From Alphaproteobacteria bacterium (lineage in GTDB: Bacteria > Pseudomonadota > Alphaproteobacteria > MPNO01), in NCBI GenBank assembly GCA_965248835.1, contig CBDFLJ010000001.1, forward strand, positions 1,504,001 through 1,568,000: a DNA stretch of 64,000 nucleotides, given 5' to 3'. A program made the position numbers and the translations under genes. The first letter of the stretch is position 1; each line of letters starts with the position of its first letter. Shown piece after piece: positions 26,119-35,697 of the stretch. Below the pieces are notes generated by a model that worked only from the letters and a program-made list of their open reading frames with translations, searched no databases and was not told the DNA's origin.

Positions 26119-28248
26119 TCAGTCCAGTCGCTCGATCCAGCCGGTGCCCCAGCCGTCGGTGCGGAACCTCCAGCCTGGCGGCGTGACGATGACGGTATCC
26201 TCGGCCTCGCACAGCACCGGACCCGGGAACGCGACCTTGGCGCCCAGGGTCTCGCGGCGGTAGATCGGCGTGTCGATGAACCCGAGCTCGGGTCCCCAAT
26301 AGGCCGGCCGCGTGCCGGTGCGCGAGGCTTCGGGGTCGGTATCTTCCTCGACCGGCTCGAAGGCGTGCTTGTCCGCCGCGCCGATCGCGTTCAGCCGCAC
26401 CTCGACCATCTCGATCCCGGCCTCCGGATAGCACGCGCCTTCGCCGTATTTCTCGGCGTAGGTGGCGTTGAAGGAATCGCAGACCGCCTTGATGTCCGCG
26501 GCGTCTCTCAGCCGCAGGCCGGGGACCCGGATCGGCAGGGTCTGGCGCTGCTGGCCGTAGCAGATGTGGACTTCCACCTGCAGCGTGACCGCGTCGAGAT
26601 CGAAGCCTTCCTCGGTCATGTCTCGCCTGCCGAACGCCATCAGCCGGTCGACCTCGGCGTTGAACCGCTCGATATTGCCGGTGGCATAGGTCCCGTCGCG
26701 GTGCGAGTAGAGGTTGAGGTGGAGCGTCCGCTCGTAGGTCTGCAGAACATCCATGGTCAACGTCGAGAAGGCGCCAAACACCGAGGAGACTGAGAACGTC
26801 GCAACCCGGCTGACGTCTGCGCCGTCTGCGTAGCCGGTCGCGTGCGCGGGCCCGGCGCCGCCGAGCGCGAACAGCACGAAGTCGCGCGGGTCCTGGCCGG
26901 AGGTCAGCGCGCAGATGCGGTACATCTCCTGGCCCATATAGCCGTCGATCAGCCGCTTGATGTCCCAGGCGGCCTCCACGACCGACTTGCCCAGGGGCGC
27001 GGCGATGTGGCTGCGGATCGCCGCCTCGGCGCGGGCGGCGTCGATCCGCAGCCGCCCGCCGAGGAAATTCTCCGGGTTGATGTAGCCCAGCACGACATCC
27101 GCATCGGTCACCGTCGGGTCGTCGCCGCCGCGGCCGTAGCACGCCGGCCCGGGGTTGGAGCCGGCGCTTTCCGGCCCGACCCGCAGGTCGCCCTCGACCA
27201 TTTTGGCGATCGAGCCGCCGCCCGCGCCCACCGACCAGTGCGCCACGTAAGGGATCTGCACTCTGAACCGGTCGATCACCGGGTCGTACTCGTAGACCCG
27301 ATCGCGCCCCTCGACGACCAGACCGACGTCGAAGCTCGTCCCGCCCATGTCGGAGACGATGATATTGGGCGCGCCGATGATCCCGCCGATATGGTCCGAG
27401 CCGATCACCGTCGCCACCGGGCTCGAGCCCAGCAGGTGAAGCGCCTGGGAACGCGACAGCGAGGACAGCCCGCCGGTGTTCTTGGCCACGAACACCGGCT
27501 TGCGGTAGCCCACCTCGCGCAGGTCATCGGACAGCCGCAGCACGTGCCCCTCGGTCAGGTCGCGCAGATAGGCATCGATGATCACCGTCATCGAGCGCCG
27601 GTATTCGCCGGCCTTGGGCGAGATTTCGTGCGACAGGAAGATAGGCATGTGGCCGAGGTAGCATTCCGGGAACTGCTCGGCGATGAGAGCGCCGACCCGC
27701 CGTTCGTGAACCGGGTTGACGTAGGCGTTGAGCAGCACGACCACGAAACCGCGCACGCCCCGGTCGACCAGGGATTGGACCTGGGTGCGGACGTCTTCGT
27801 CGCGCATCGGGATGATCACGTTCCCGAGATTGTCGATGCGTTCCTGGATGCCGACGATGCGGTCCTGCGGCACCAGCGGCGCCGGCCGGACCGCGCGCCC
27901 GCGGTCGTACTTCTTCTCCGTCGGCAGCCCGTCGCCCCAGTTGCGCGCCCGCCCGACATGAACGGTGTGCTCGAACCCCTTGGTGGTGATCAGGCCGAGC
28001 CGCGCGCCGCGCCGTTCGATCAGCGCGTTGGTCCCCACCGTGGTGGAGTAGGCGATCGACTCAGCGCCCTTCAGCGCATCATCGAGGTCGAGCCCGGCGC
28101 GGGCGACCGCCGCACGGGTCGCGTTCATGAACCCGACCTTGAGGTCGTAATGGGTGGTGTCGGACTTGCCGCGGTACAATTCGCCGTCGCGGATGTAGAC
28201 GACGTCGGTGAACGTGCCGCCGATATCGACGCCGATGGAGCCGCTCAT
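26119..28248 (-). CDS. apcC: Acetophenone carboxylase ApcC-like subunit (hydantoinase A family)
   Basis: VDIGGTFTD, TTHYDLKVGF, GRARNWGDG, ERIDNLG, GEYRRSMTVIIDAYL, PVIDRF and AYWG. ATGA overlap with apcB-like. Confidence 0.75.
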   Translation of the reverse strand: MSGSIGVDIGGTFTDVVYIRDGELYRGKSDTTHYDLKVGFMNATRAAVARAGLDLDDALKGAESIAYSTTVGTNALIERRGARLGLITTKGFEHTVHVGRARNWGDGLPTEKKYDRGRAVRPAPLVPQDRIVGIQERIDNLGNVIIPMRDEDVRTQVQSLVDRGVRGFVVVLLNAYVNPVHERRVGALIAEQFPECYLGHMPIFLSHEISPKAGEYRRSMTVIIDAYLRDLTEGHVLRLSDDLREVGYRKPVFVAKNTGGLSSLSRSQALHLLGSSPVATVIGSDHIGGIIGAPNIIVSDMGGTSFDVGLVVEGRDRVYEYDPVIDRFRVQIPYVAHWSVGAGGGSIAKMVEGDLRVGPESAGSNPGPACYGRGGDDPTVTDADVVLGYINPENFLGGRLRIDAARAEAAIRSHIAAPLGKSVVEAAWDIKRLIDGYMGQEMYRICALTSGQDPRDFVLFALGGAGPAHATGYADGADVSRVATFSVSSVFGAFSTLTMDVLQTYERTLHLNLYSHRDGTYATGNIERFNAEVDRLMAFGRRDMTEEGFDLDAVTLQVEVHICYGQQRQTLPIRVPGLRLRDAADIKAVCDSFNATYAEKYGEGACYPEAGIEMVEVRLNAIGAADKHAFEPVEEDTDPEASRTGTRPAYWGPELGFIDTPIYRRETLGAKVAFPGPVLCEAEDTVIVTPPGWRFRTDGWGTGWIERLD

Positions 28249-28652
28249 CGCTTCGCCGCCTTCGCGTTCGCCTTTGTCCCGGCTTTTGTCTTCGGCTTGG
28301 CCGGGGCCTTGCGCCGGCGCGACCTTATGCCGTGCTTTTGCTTCAGCTTGTCGAGATCGAGCTGGATGTCCCAGGTCAGCGGATGGCCCGGCGGCAGATA
28401 CTCGTTCTCGACCATGACCGCACAGCCCGGACAATAGAACTCGACGATCCGCATCCATTCCGGATCGAATGAAAAGTTGAATTCCTTGCTCGGCCCGATC
28501 GGGAAATGGATCTCCCGCGGGTCGCGTTCGCGGACCAGGCAGCCCCTCTTGTAGGATTCGCGCGCATCGCCGAGGTCGTGATCGCACCGGTTGCAGCACC
28601 ACCGCTCGGCCTCGAGATCGATGTCGAGATACTCGGTGATCCTCACCCGCAT
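28245..28652 (-). CDS. apcB: Acetophenone/acetone carboxylase small Zn-binding subunit (ApcB/AcxC family)
   Basis: RITEYLDIDL, CNRC, ARESYKRGCLV, EFYCPGC and EYLPPGHP. Two CxxC pairs. Confidence 0.85.
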   Translation of the reverse strand: MRVRITEYLDIDLEAERWCCNRCDHDLGDARESYKRGCLVRERDPREIHFPIGPSKEFNFSFDPEWMRIVEFYCPGCAVMVENEYLPPGHPLTWDIQLDLDKLKQKHGIRSRRRKAPAKPKTKAGTKANAKAAKR

Positions 28653-28684
28653 CGCGCCGGCCCCGCCTGTTGTCGGTCGAATTC

Positions 28685-28726
28685 GTTAGGCGGCTAACTT
28701 TTCGCAGCGCGGTAGCGTCCGGTCAA
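28685..28726 (-). promoter_or_regulatory. Candidate sigma70 promoter of the apc-like operon with an overlapping palindrome
   Basis: Minus strand TTGACC (28726-28721), 18-nt spacer, AAAAGT (28702-28697). Palindrome GTTAG-GCGG-CTAAC at 28685-28698. Confidence 0.35.
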
Positions 28727-28789
28727 GAATTACCAGGGTTCAACCGCTCGCAGGACGGATCGTGCGCCTCGTCCGCGCCCCATTCCCGC

Positions 28790-30337
28790 TCACGCGTCCA
28801 GGTCGCCGAGCTGAGGGAAGTGTTCGGCCCGGAAGGACGAATAGGCGACGGCGTTCTCTGCCGAGTCGTCGTCGACCGTCAATTCGAACACGATTTCGTC
28901 CGGCGACGCTTTCGCCGTCTCGATCTGCCGCAATTTGCAGTGACCTTCGTCGAGCCTGTCCGAAGGCGTGCCGTCGACGCTGCACACGCCGCCGTAGTTG
29001 ATGTAGGTGTTGCCGGTCGAGGGCAACCGGTAGGCGCCGCTCTGGAAGCACGAATAAGTCCCGTCATCCGCCCGGCCTCGCGCCCAGATCTGGCGCGCCG
29101 TCATACCGTCACGATCGACGGCGAACTCGACGGCCCGGCTGTAGCAGTCCACCTCCGGCATCCCGGGCGCGAACGGGATCGCACGGTGGTTGCCGTTGTC
29201 GAAGCACAACAGAGTGCCCGCGGGCGTGATCGAGCAATCGTGCTGGTGATAGGGCCATTCGAGCCCGGGTGCTGCGGTGAGCAGCTTGTCCGTCCAGGGC
29301 GCGCGCCAGCCCGCGTGATCGCCCAGTATCCAGACCAGTTCGCCGCTAGCGCGGTCGATCTTGATCAGGCAGTCCTGATGCCGGACCGAGGCGACGAAGC
29401 CGTCATCGGCGCCGTCATAGGCGAGCGCGTTGACGTGGCTCCAATCGCAGGTGCCGGGAAAGCCGCGGCGGACCCAATAGGCGCTGCGGCTGCCGTAACA
29501 GACGCGTCTCGGGTCGAGCAGGTCGAGCAGCCGGTATTCGTTGACGACCGTCCCGTCGCGGGCGAATTCGACGATCACGTCGCCCACCAGGCGGGCGGTC
29601 TCGGTTCCCCCTTCGGGGTCGTCCTCCGTCGCCGGGAAGCCGTCGATCTCGCGGATCTCCATGCTGCACGCCAGAAGATTGCCCCACGGCAGCTCGATCG
29701 CCGCGTGGTGGAACATTCCCGCCGCGACCTCGCGCGCGCCGGCCTGCGGCGTGCGGTCCTCCCAGCGTCCCTTCGCGTACCATTCGGCCCTGGTGTCGCC
29801 CAGGAGATCGATCTCGCGGACCCGCCCGTCGGCGACATACAGCAGGTTGCCGTTGGCGAGCCGCCGCACATCGCCGATCGCCTCGTCGATGCGGTAGGTC
29901 CAGACGATCTCCCCCCAGCGGTCGATTCCGACCAGGAGGCCGAATCCCGGGAGGTGCTCGGATGCGGGCGAGTGCCGGATGTTGAACACCATCACCCCGG
30001 GCTCGCGTCTCTCGGGGATGCAGGACATCACCTTGAGGAGCGGAAAATCGTCTGCCAGCTCGGGCGCGGTGAAGCCGAGCGTCTCGACCGCCCGGTTTCC
30101 TTCCCCGTCCTGCGCGGTCACCACGATCGCATGGTCACGGCCGGGGCGGAGCCCGATCACCGGGACGCTGTGCCGGGTCCGGCGCTGTTCGACGGAATCA
30201 ACGGTCCAGCGGCGCTCTCCCTCCGAGACCTCCAGCACGGCGCGGGACGGCGTATCGGTCGTGAACGCGACGATGGCCGAAAGAGGCGCCCGTTCGTTGG
30301 GGTTTGCGGAAGCGACCGGCGCGGTCACGAACTTCAT
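28790..30337 (-). CDS. Aryl-sulfate sulfotransferase (ASST, PAPS-independent)
   Basis: N-terminal Ig-like domain (NPNERAPLSA, HSVPVIGLRP). Active-site-type motifs FHH, DWSHVNA, SVRHQD, WILG, YHQHD and FDNG. No signal peptide. Confidence 0.88.
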   Translation of the reverse strand: MKFVTAPVASANPNERAPLSAIVAFTTDTPSRAVLEVSEGERRWTVDSVEQRRTRHSVPVIGLRPGRDHAIVVTAQDGEGNRAVETLGFTAPELADDFPLLKVMSCIPERREPGVMVFNIRHSPASEHLPGFGLLVGIDRWGEIVWTYRIDEAIGDVRRLANGNLLYVADGRVREIDLLGDTRAEWYAKGRWEDRTPQAGAREVAAGMFHHAAIELPWGNLLACSMEIREIDGFPATEDDPEGGTETARLVGDVIVEFARDGTVVNEYRLLDLLDPRRVCYGSRSAYWVRRGFPGTCDWSHVNALAYDGADDGFVASVRHQDCLIKIDRASGELVWILGDHAGWRAPWTDKLLTAAPGLEWPYHQHDCSITPAGTLLCFDNGNHRAIPFAPGMPEVDCYSRAVEFAVDRDGMTARQIWARGRADDGTYSCFQSGAYRLPSTGNTYINYGGVCSVDGTPSDRLDEGHCKLRQIETAKASPDEIVFELTVDDDSAENAVAYSSFRAEHFPQLGDLDA

Positions 30338-30426
30338 GGTCTCGCTCCCCGATGCCCCGCCCGTTGTAATATTCGCCCCGTCTGTTAGTGTTTTTCGACG
30401 ACGGGCGAGGCGAGGGGGACCATAGC

Positions 30427-31521
30427 ATGGGACCGATCCAGCGGCTACCGGCGGGCCTGATCGCCGGCTTCATCGTGGTTGCCGGTGTGGTTGCCGGTGT
30501 CGATGCACGGGCGAAGACGTATTTCGAGGGAAAGACGATCACGGTGCTGAGCCCGGTGCCGGGCGGCAGCGGCCTGGACCGGCTCACCCGCGCCTTCGTG
30601 CGGCACTGGCCGGGGCACATCCCGGGCAAACCCAACATGATCGTCAAGAACATGCCGGGCGGCGGCGGCGCCAAGCCCTTGAACTTCCTTTACGAGCGTG
30701 GCCGGCCGGATGGGCTCACACTCTATCTGGGTCCGTGGAACGCACCCGGCGTCGTGGTCGGCACCCCGGGGCTGCGCTACACGCCCGAAAAGTTCGTGAT
30801 GATCGGCGCCGGCGGCCTGGACCGGGTGACGCTGATGCGCACCGACGTCGCGCCCGGCATCAGGACGCCGGCCGACGTGATGAAGGCGCCCGGCTTCAAT
30901 GTCGGCGGAAGGCGCGCCGATCAGATGCTGGATTTCCTCGGCAACCTCGCCTTCGAGATGATCGGGGCGAAGTACAGATTCATCGGCGGCTACCGCGGCA
31001 TGGCCAAGATCCGCCCGGCCTTCATGTCCAACGAAGTGCAGGCCGCGAACAGCGGGAGCATCGGCTATTACGTCTTCTTCAAGGACACGATGCTGAAGGA
31101 CGGCTCAGCCATTGCGCTGTGGTCGCATCCCGATTTCGACAAGGCGGGCAATCCGGTCAAAGCCGTTTCGTTTCCCGGCGTGCCGAGCTTCGAAGAGGTG
31201 TATCGGGAGGTGCACGGCAAGATGCCCTCGGGCCCCCTCTGGAAGACCTACAAATGGTACTCGCAGGTTCTGGGGAACACGACCTTCACCGTCTTCGCTG
31301 CGCCCGGCACGCCGGCGGAACCGACCGCGGTCCTGCGTGCTTCCTACAAGGCCACGACGCAGGATCCCGCCTATTACGAACCGGAGAGGAAGCGGCTCGG
31401 CGGCACCGGGGTCAACTTCATCGGCGTCGAGGAAGCGCTGCACGTCCAGAAGACGTTCCGCAAGGTCGATCCCGACGTGCTCGCGACATTGAAGAAGATA
31501 ACCACGGTCGGCCAGCGATAA
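30427..31521 (+). CDS. tctC: Tripartite tricarboxylate transporter substrate-binding protein (TctC/Bug)
   Basis: Signal peptide ending ARA-K, YFEGKTI, PGGSGLD, VKNMPGGGG, PDGLT and GYRG. Confidence 0.85.
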   Translation: MGPIQRLPAGLIAGFIVVAGVVAGVDARAKTYFEGKTITVLSPVPGGSGLDRLTRAFVRHWPGHIPGKPNMIVKNMPGGGGAKPLNFLYERGRPDGLTLYLGPWNAPGVVVGTPGLRYTPEKFVMIGAGGLDRVTLMRTDVAPGIRTPADVMKAPGFNVGGRRADQMLDFLGNLAFEMIGAKYRFIGGYRGMAKIRPAFMSNEVQAANSGSIGYYVFFKDTMLKDGSAIALWSHPDFDKAGNPVKAVSFPGVPSFEEVYREVHGKMPSGPLWKTYKWYSQVLGNTTFTVFAAPGTPAEPTAVLRASYKATTQDPAYYEPERKRLGGTGVNFIGVEEALHVQKTFRKVDPDVLATLKKITTVGQR

Positions 31522-31551
31522 GGCCGCCTCTTCCCATGTGCGGCGGCGCGC

Positions 31552-33531
31552 TCAGCCGAACACCAGCGGCTGATGCCAGAAAACGTGCATCACCTGGTCG
31601 TAGAAGCCGTAGAGGAATGCCCAGCCGCCGGCAGCGTAGGCGAGCGAGACCCTCCAGCGATAACCGCCCCATCGCCGCAGATAGAGGGCGACGAACAGCG
31701 GCAGGGCGATCATCTGCCCGAAGAGATACGCGACCAGGATGAGCGCGACGAGGTAGCCGAAGAAGCACGCGGCGGGGCCGAGCAGCGCTTCTCGGGCGGC
31801 GGCCCCGGCTGCCGCCGCCAGGCCGCTTGCCTCGCGCACGGCAGCGCGCAGAAGCGGCGTCTCGCGCCATAGCACGGCGAAAGAGAGCACTGCGCCCGGG
31901 ATGGCGGCGGTCAAAGGGAACTGCCGGACGACCGCCGGCCAGTCGAGCGATTCGAGCGCCGCCAGAGCGAAGACCGCCGTCATCAGCACCGCGAACGGCA
32001 CCGAGATGACCGGGCTGCCTTCCGCTCCTTCGCCCCTTGTCGGCGCGTCCGGCGCGGCTTTCGACTTGACGACCCCGCGCGCGGAAAGGAACAGGGTCAG
32101 GGCGATCAGGGCGACGATCACCAGAACGATCGGCCGATCCAGCCATCCCAGGCCGGTATGGATGCGCATGCTGATCTGAAAGGCATTCTCCAGGATCGGA
32201 CCCAGGATCAACGCCAGAATGAGCGGCGGGCGAGGCCAGCCGCCGCGCTTCATGGCGAAGCCGATCACGCCCATCGCGAGGCAGGTGATCCAGTCGCCGA
32301 TCGACGCTCCGCCCAGCCAGGCGCCCATGAAGACGAACAGGATCACCCCCGGCACGATCAGATGGCCGCGGATGAACGCGATCTTGGCCACCTGTCCGCT
32401 CCACAGCATCAGCAGAGCGGCCGCCAGGATGTTGGCGAGGACGATGGCCCAGACCATGCTGAAGGTGATGTCCAGCTTCTCGGTCAGCATTTCCGGGCCC
32501 GGCTTGAGGCCCTGGATGAGGAGCGCCCCCATCAGGATCGCCGTGCCGAGGCTGCCGGGGATTCCGAAGGCGACCATGGGCAGCAGCGCGCCGCCCCTGG
32601 TGGCGTTGTTGGCGGCCTCCGGCGCGATGACGCCGCGAATGTCGCCGCGGCCGAACTGCGACTTGTCCTTCGCCGATTGGACGGCATGGCCATAGGCGAA
32701 CCAGTCGACGACCGCGGCGCCGAGCCCCGGCAGCATGCCGACATAGGTGCCGAGCGCCGCGGAACGAAGCGCCAGCCACCAATGCCGGAAGGCGTCGCGG
32801 ATGCCCTCGCGCATCCCGCCGCCCCGGCTCTGCTCCTTGGGAATGCGGGCGATCGAGGTGTCCTTGATCGCCAGCTCCATGAGCTCGGGGATGGCAAAGA
32901 GACCGAGCACGACGGGGATCAACGGAACGCCGTCGAGCAGATATACGGCGCCGAACCAGTACCGGGGAACGGGTGCGGTCTCGGCATAGCCGATCATCGC
33001 CATCAGCAGCCCGAGCAACGCCACGGTCAGGCCCTTGAGCACGGACCCGCCGCTGAGCGAGCCCACCATCGCAAGCCCGAGCATGCCCAGCATGAACAGT
33101 TCCGGCGATCCGAAGGCGAGGATGATCGGCAGCACCAGCGGGATGGACACAGCCAGGATCAGCGCGCCGAATATCCCGCCGAAGGCGGAGACGGTGAACG
33201 CGGCGCCGAACGCCCGTGCCGCCTGGCCCTGCTGCGCCAAAGGATAGCCGTCGAGGATCGTCGCCTGCGAGGCCGCAGTGCCCGGTATGCCGAGCATCAC
33301 CGAGGCGATCGTGTCGCTGGTCGAGGTCACCGCGAACATGCCGAGCAGCAGCGCGAACGCCGAAACCGGATCCATGCCGTAGGTGAACGGCAACAGGATC
33401 ACCAGCCCGAGGATTCCGCCGAGGCCCGGGACCGCGCCGAGCCAGATCCCGAGCAGCACGCCGAGCGCCAGAAACCCGATCGCCGGCCATTGGAACACCA
33501 ACGCAAGACCGGTCAGCATGCTCTCGATCAT
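31552..33531 (-). CDS. tctA: Tripartite tricarboxylate transporter permease TctA with fused C-terminal TctB-like domain
   Basis: GAVPGLG, GIPGT, LDGYPLAQQG, GVIAPEAANNA and FGIPGS. About 160 extra hydrophobic residues at the C-terminus. Confidence 0.9.
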   Translation of the reverse strand: MIESMLTGLALVFQWPAIGFLALGVLLGIWLGAVPGLGGILGLVILLPFTYGMDPVSAFALLLGMFAVTSTSDTIASVMLGIPGTAASQATILDGYPLAQQGQAARAFGAAFTVSAFGGIFGALILAVSIPLVLPIILAFGSPELFMLGMLGLAMVGSLSGGSVLKGLTVALLGLLMAMIGYAETAPVPRYWFGAVYLLDGVPLIPVVLGLFAIPELMELAIKDTSIARIPKEQSRGGGMREGIRDAFRHWWLALRSAALGTYVGMLPGLGAAVVDWFAYGHAVQSAKDKSQFGRGDIRGVIAPEAANNATRGGALLPMVAFGIPGSLGTAILMGALLIQGLKPGPEMLTEKLDITFSMVWAIVLANILAAALLMLWSGQVAKIAFIRGHLIVPGVILFVFMGAWLGGASIGDWITCLAMGVIGFAMKRGGWPRPPLILALILGPILENAFQISMRIHTGLGWLDRPIVLVIVALIALTLFLSARGVVKSKAAPDAPTRGEGAEGSPVISVPFAVLMTAVFALAALESLDWPAVVRQFPLTAAIPGAVLSFAVLWRETPLLRAAVREASGLAAAAGAAAREALLGPAACFFGYLVALILVAYLFGQMIALPLFVALYLRRWGGYRWRVSLAYAAGGWAFLYGFYDQVMHVFWHQPLVFG

Positions 33532-33611
33532 CGGGAGTCCGTCTCCACCCGCGTGCCGCGACTATATCGGCAATCCCGGGCGGTGTCCGAAGCACCGAGG
33601 CGGGCCGGCGC

Positions 33612-35129
33612 TTAAAGGGGGACGAAGGTTCCGTGAAGTCCGAGCGGGAGGGCGTAGGGAAGGCTTGCGACAGCGAGCGGGCCGTCTTCCAACCGCGCGG
33701 CATCGAAGACGTTCAGTCGTGTTACCCCGGCTGCGAAGTCGAGGCTGGTGCCGATCAGCCAGCCGTTGTCCTCGCCGCCGCCCGGGCGGGGAACGAACAG
33801 ATGTTCCTCGGGGATCGTCGTCGGATCATAGGCATGGACCGTCAGATCCCCGGTCTCGACGTCCAGCCGGCCGACGGCGTTGAGCATCGGGTGCCGGCTC
33901 TCCGCCGCCGGTGTCTGCATCAAAAGCGTGATCTTGCGATAGCAGCGGCCGGTGCGGCGTCGATCGACGTGAGGGAACTCGGCTCCGAGACCCGGTTGGG
34001 TCAGCGGGGTTTCGGTGATGCGGCCCCGAGCGGGATCGATGCGCACCAGATGCTGTCGGGCCGCGAGGCCTGGTCGGCCTTCGCCGCGCATGATCGCCCT
34101 TAGCGGTCCGAACATGATCGAAGGATCGTCGTAGCGGGCGGAGTCCAGACGAATGATCCCGGCCGCGTCCTCCCAGGCGTTGCCGTAGTGGAAGGTGAAA
34201 TGGGCCGGCATTTCGAGGACTCTCGGTCGGGAAAGTGCGGTCTTGTCGAGGATCAGGACCCGGGCGGGCAGCTCGGGCTGCCAGACCATGCTGTCCAGAA
34301 GGCTCTTCCCCGGCTCGGGCGCAAAAAACAGCGGCGGCAGGATCGCGACCACATGGTTTTCGGTGATCACGAAGTCATGGACCATCGGTGTCTTGCCGAT
34401 GCGAAGCGGAACGGCAGTCTTCAGCTTGCCGTCACGGCCGATGTGATAGATCACAAGGACACCGAACCCGGCCGCGTAACCGATATTCCAGAGCGTTCCG
34501 TCTCGATCCAGCCTCGGATGGGCGCCGAAGGGGACGCCGCTCGTTTCGGGCGACCAGTAGTGGGGTGCCTCGGTCTCCAGGGTCGCCGGGTCCAGGCGAT
34601 GCGCCGAGCCGCCCTCCCAGAGCGCGTATAGTCTCTCGGCGTGCCATAAGACGCTGGTATTCGCCGGGTTGGTCGAATCCGGGCTCGTGACACGCTCCAT
34701 GCCGGGCACCACCGTGCCGAAGGTTTGCCGCAGGGCGCGCCCGGCCCGGCGTTCGGCCTTGAACTTCGCGGTCTCGACGATGCGGCCGAGATGGGAAATC
34801 CGGCCGTCGGCGAAGCGGAAGGCCTGCACCATCCCGTCGCCGTCGAACCAGTGCCGGTAGCGCAGGCCGCCGATCTCATGCCGGCCCGGCCCGTTGCGAT
34901 AGACAGTGCCGCGAAGCTCCGCCGGCCAAGCCCCTCTAACATCGAGCGACGGTGTTTCGAGACGCGCCTCGGGGCGGCCCAGCCAGCCCAGCAGATAGGG
35001 TCTGGTCTTCAGGGCCTTCCGGAAGGATACCGCCCACGCATCGAGGGCAGCGGCGCCCGCTCGGCCGGGGAGGCCGGCAAGCGCCAGCGCCGAGACGGCC
35101 GCATAGTGGAGGAATTCTCGTCGGATCAT
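33612..35129 (-). CDS. Carotenoid-cleavage/lignostilbene-type oxygenase (RPE65 family) with Tat signal
   Basis: MIRREFL Tat motif, YRNGP, HWFDGDG and four Fe-His motifs (AHPR, VHDF, FHYGN, GLHG). Confidence 0.9.
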   Translation of the reverse strand: MIRREFLHYAAVSALALAGLPGRAGAAALDAWAVSFRKALKTRPYLLGWLGRPEARLETPSLDVRGAWPAELRGTVYRNGPGRHEIGGLRYRHWFDGDGMVQAFRFADGRISHLGRIVETAKFKAERRAGRALRQTFGTVVPGMERVTSPDSTNPANTSVLWHAERLYALWEGGSAHRLDPATLETEAPHYWSPETSGVPFGAHPRLDRDGTLWNIGYAAGFGVLVIYHIGRDGKLKTAVPLRIGKTPMVHDFVITENHVVAILPPLFFAPEPGKSLLDSMVWQPELPARVLILDKTALSRPRVLEMPAHFTFHYGNAWEDAAGIIRLDSARYDDPSIMFGPLRAIMRGEGRPGLAARQHLVRIDPARGRITETPLTQPGLGAEFPHVDRRRTGRCYRKITLLMQTPAAESRHPMLNAVGRLDVETGDLTVHAYDPTTIPEEHLFVPRPGGGEDNGWLIGTSLDFAAGVTRLNVFDAARLEDGPLAVASLPYALPLGLHGTFVPL

Positions 35130-35137
35130 GGTGGGTC

Positions 35138-35575
35138 CTATTGATAGATCAGCCTGATCGGCAGCTCGCCCCGGTCGCCTTCGACCGCAAGCGCGGCGTC
35201 GGCAAAAGACGGCGGCCCCATCATGCCGACCGCGTCTTTGGAGAACCCGTGCCCTTCGGTCGGGATCCCCAACAGATTGGCATCGAGCCTGCCGTCGCCG
35301 TTCTCGTCGTGGAACGCGGCAACGGCGTAGCGCCCCGGGGGCAGATTGCCGAGAGTCAGTGAAAGATCTCCTTCTTGAGCCCGGATGCGGATCGTCGCAA
35401 CGGCGCCCTCGCGCGCTTGAAAGGCCGCCGCATGATCGAAGACGGCGATCATCACCCGACCAAGATCGCTGCGGATGCCGCTGACCGAAAGCGTCAGCTC
35501 TGCCGTCGAGGTGGAGCGGCCCCAAAACAGAATCGTCGCCAAAGTCAGAGCCGCAGTCATTGTCCGCATTCGCAT
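35138..35575 (-). CDS. DUF2141 secreted protein
   Basis: Signal peptide, PGRYAVAAFHDENGDGRLD, GIPTEGHGFS and GPPSF. Confidence 0.88.
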   Translation of the reverse strand: MRMRTMTAALTLATILFWGRSTSTAELTLSVSGIRSDLGRVMIAVFDHAAAFQAREGAVATIRIRAQEGDLSLTLGNLPPGRYAVAAFHDENGDGRLDANLLGIPTEGHGFSKDAVGMMGPPSFADAALAVEGDRGELPIRLIYQ

Positions 35576-35697
35576 TTCAGGACTCTCTTCGATGGTTGCG
35601 CCGGTTGCGAGCTTTCCTGCGCATCGGTGGTACGGGCAAGAGCGGCTGCGCGAACCGCGTTTATTTCTTCGCGAACCGACCGTAGGATCGTTTCGCG

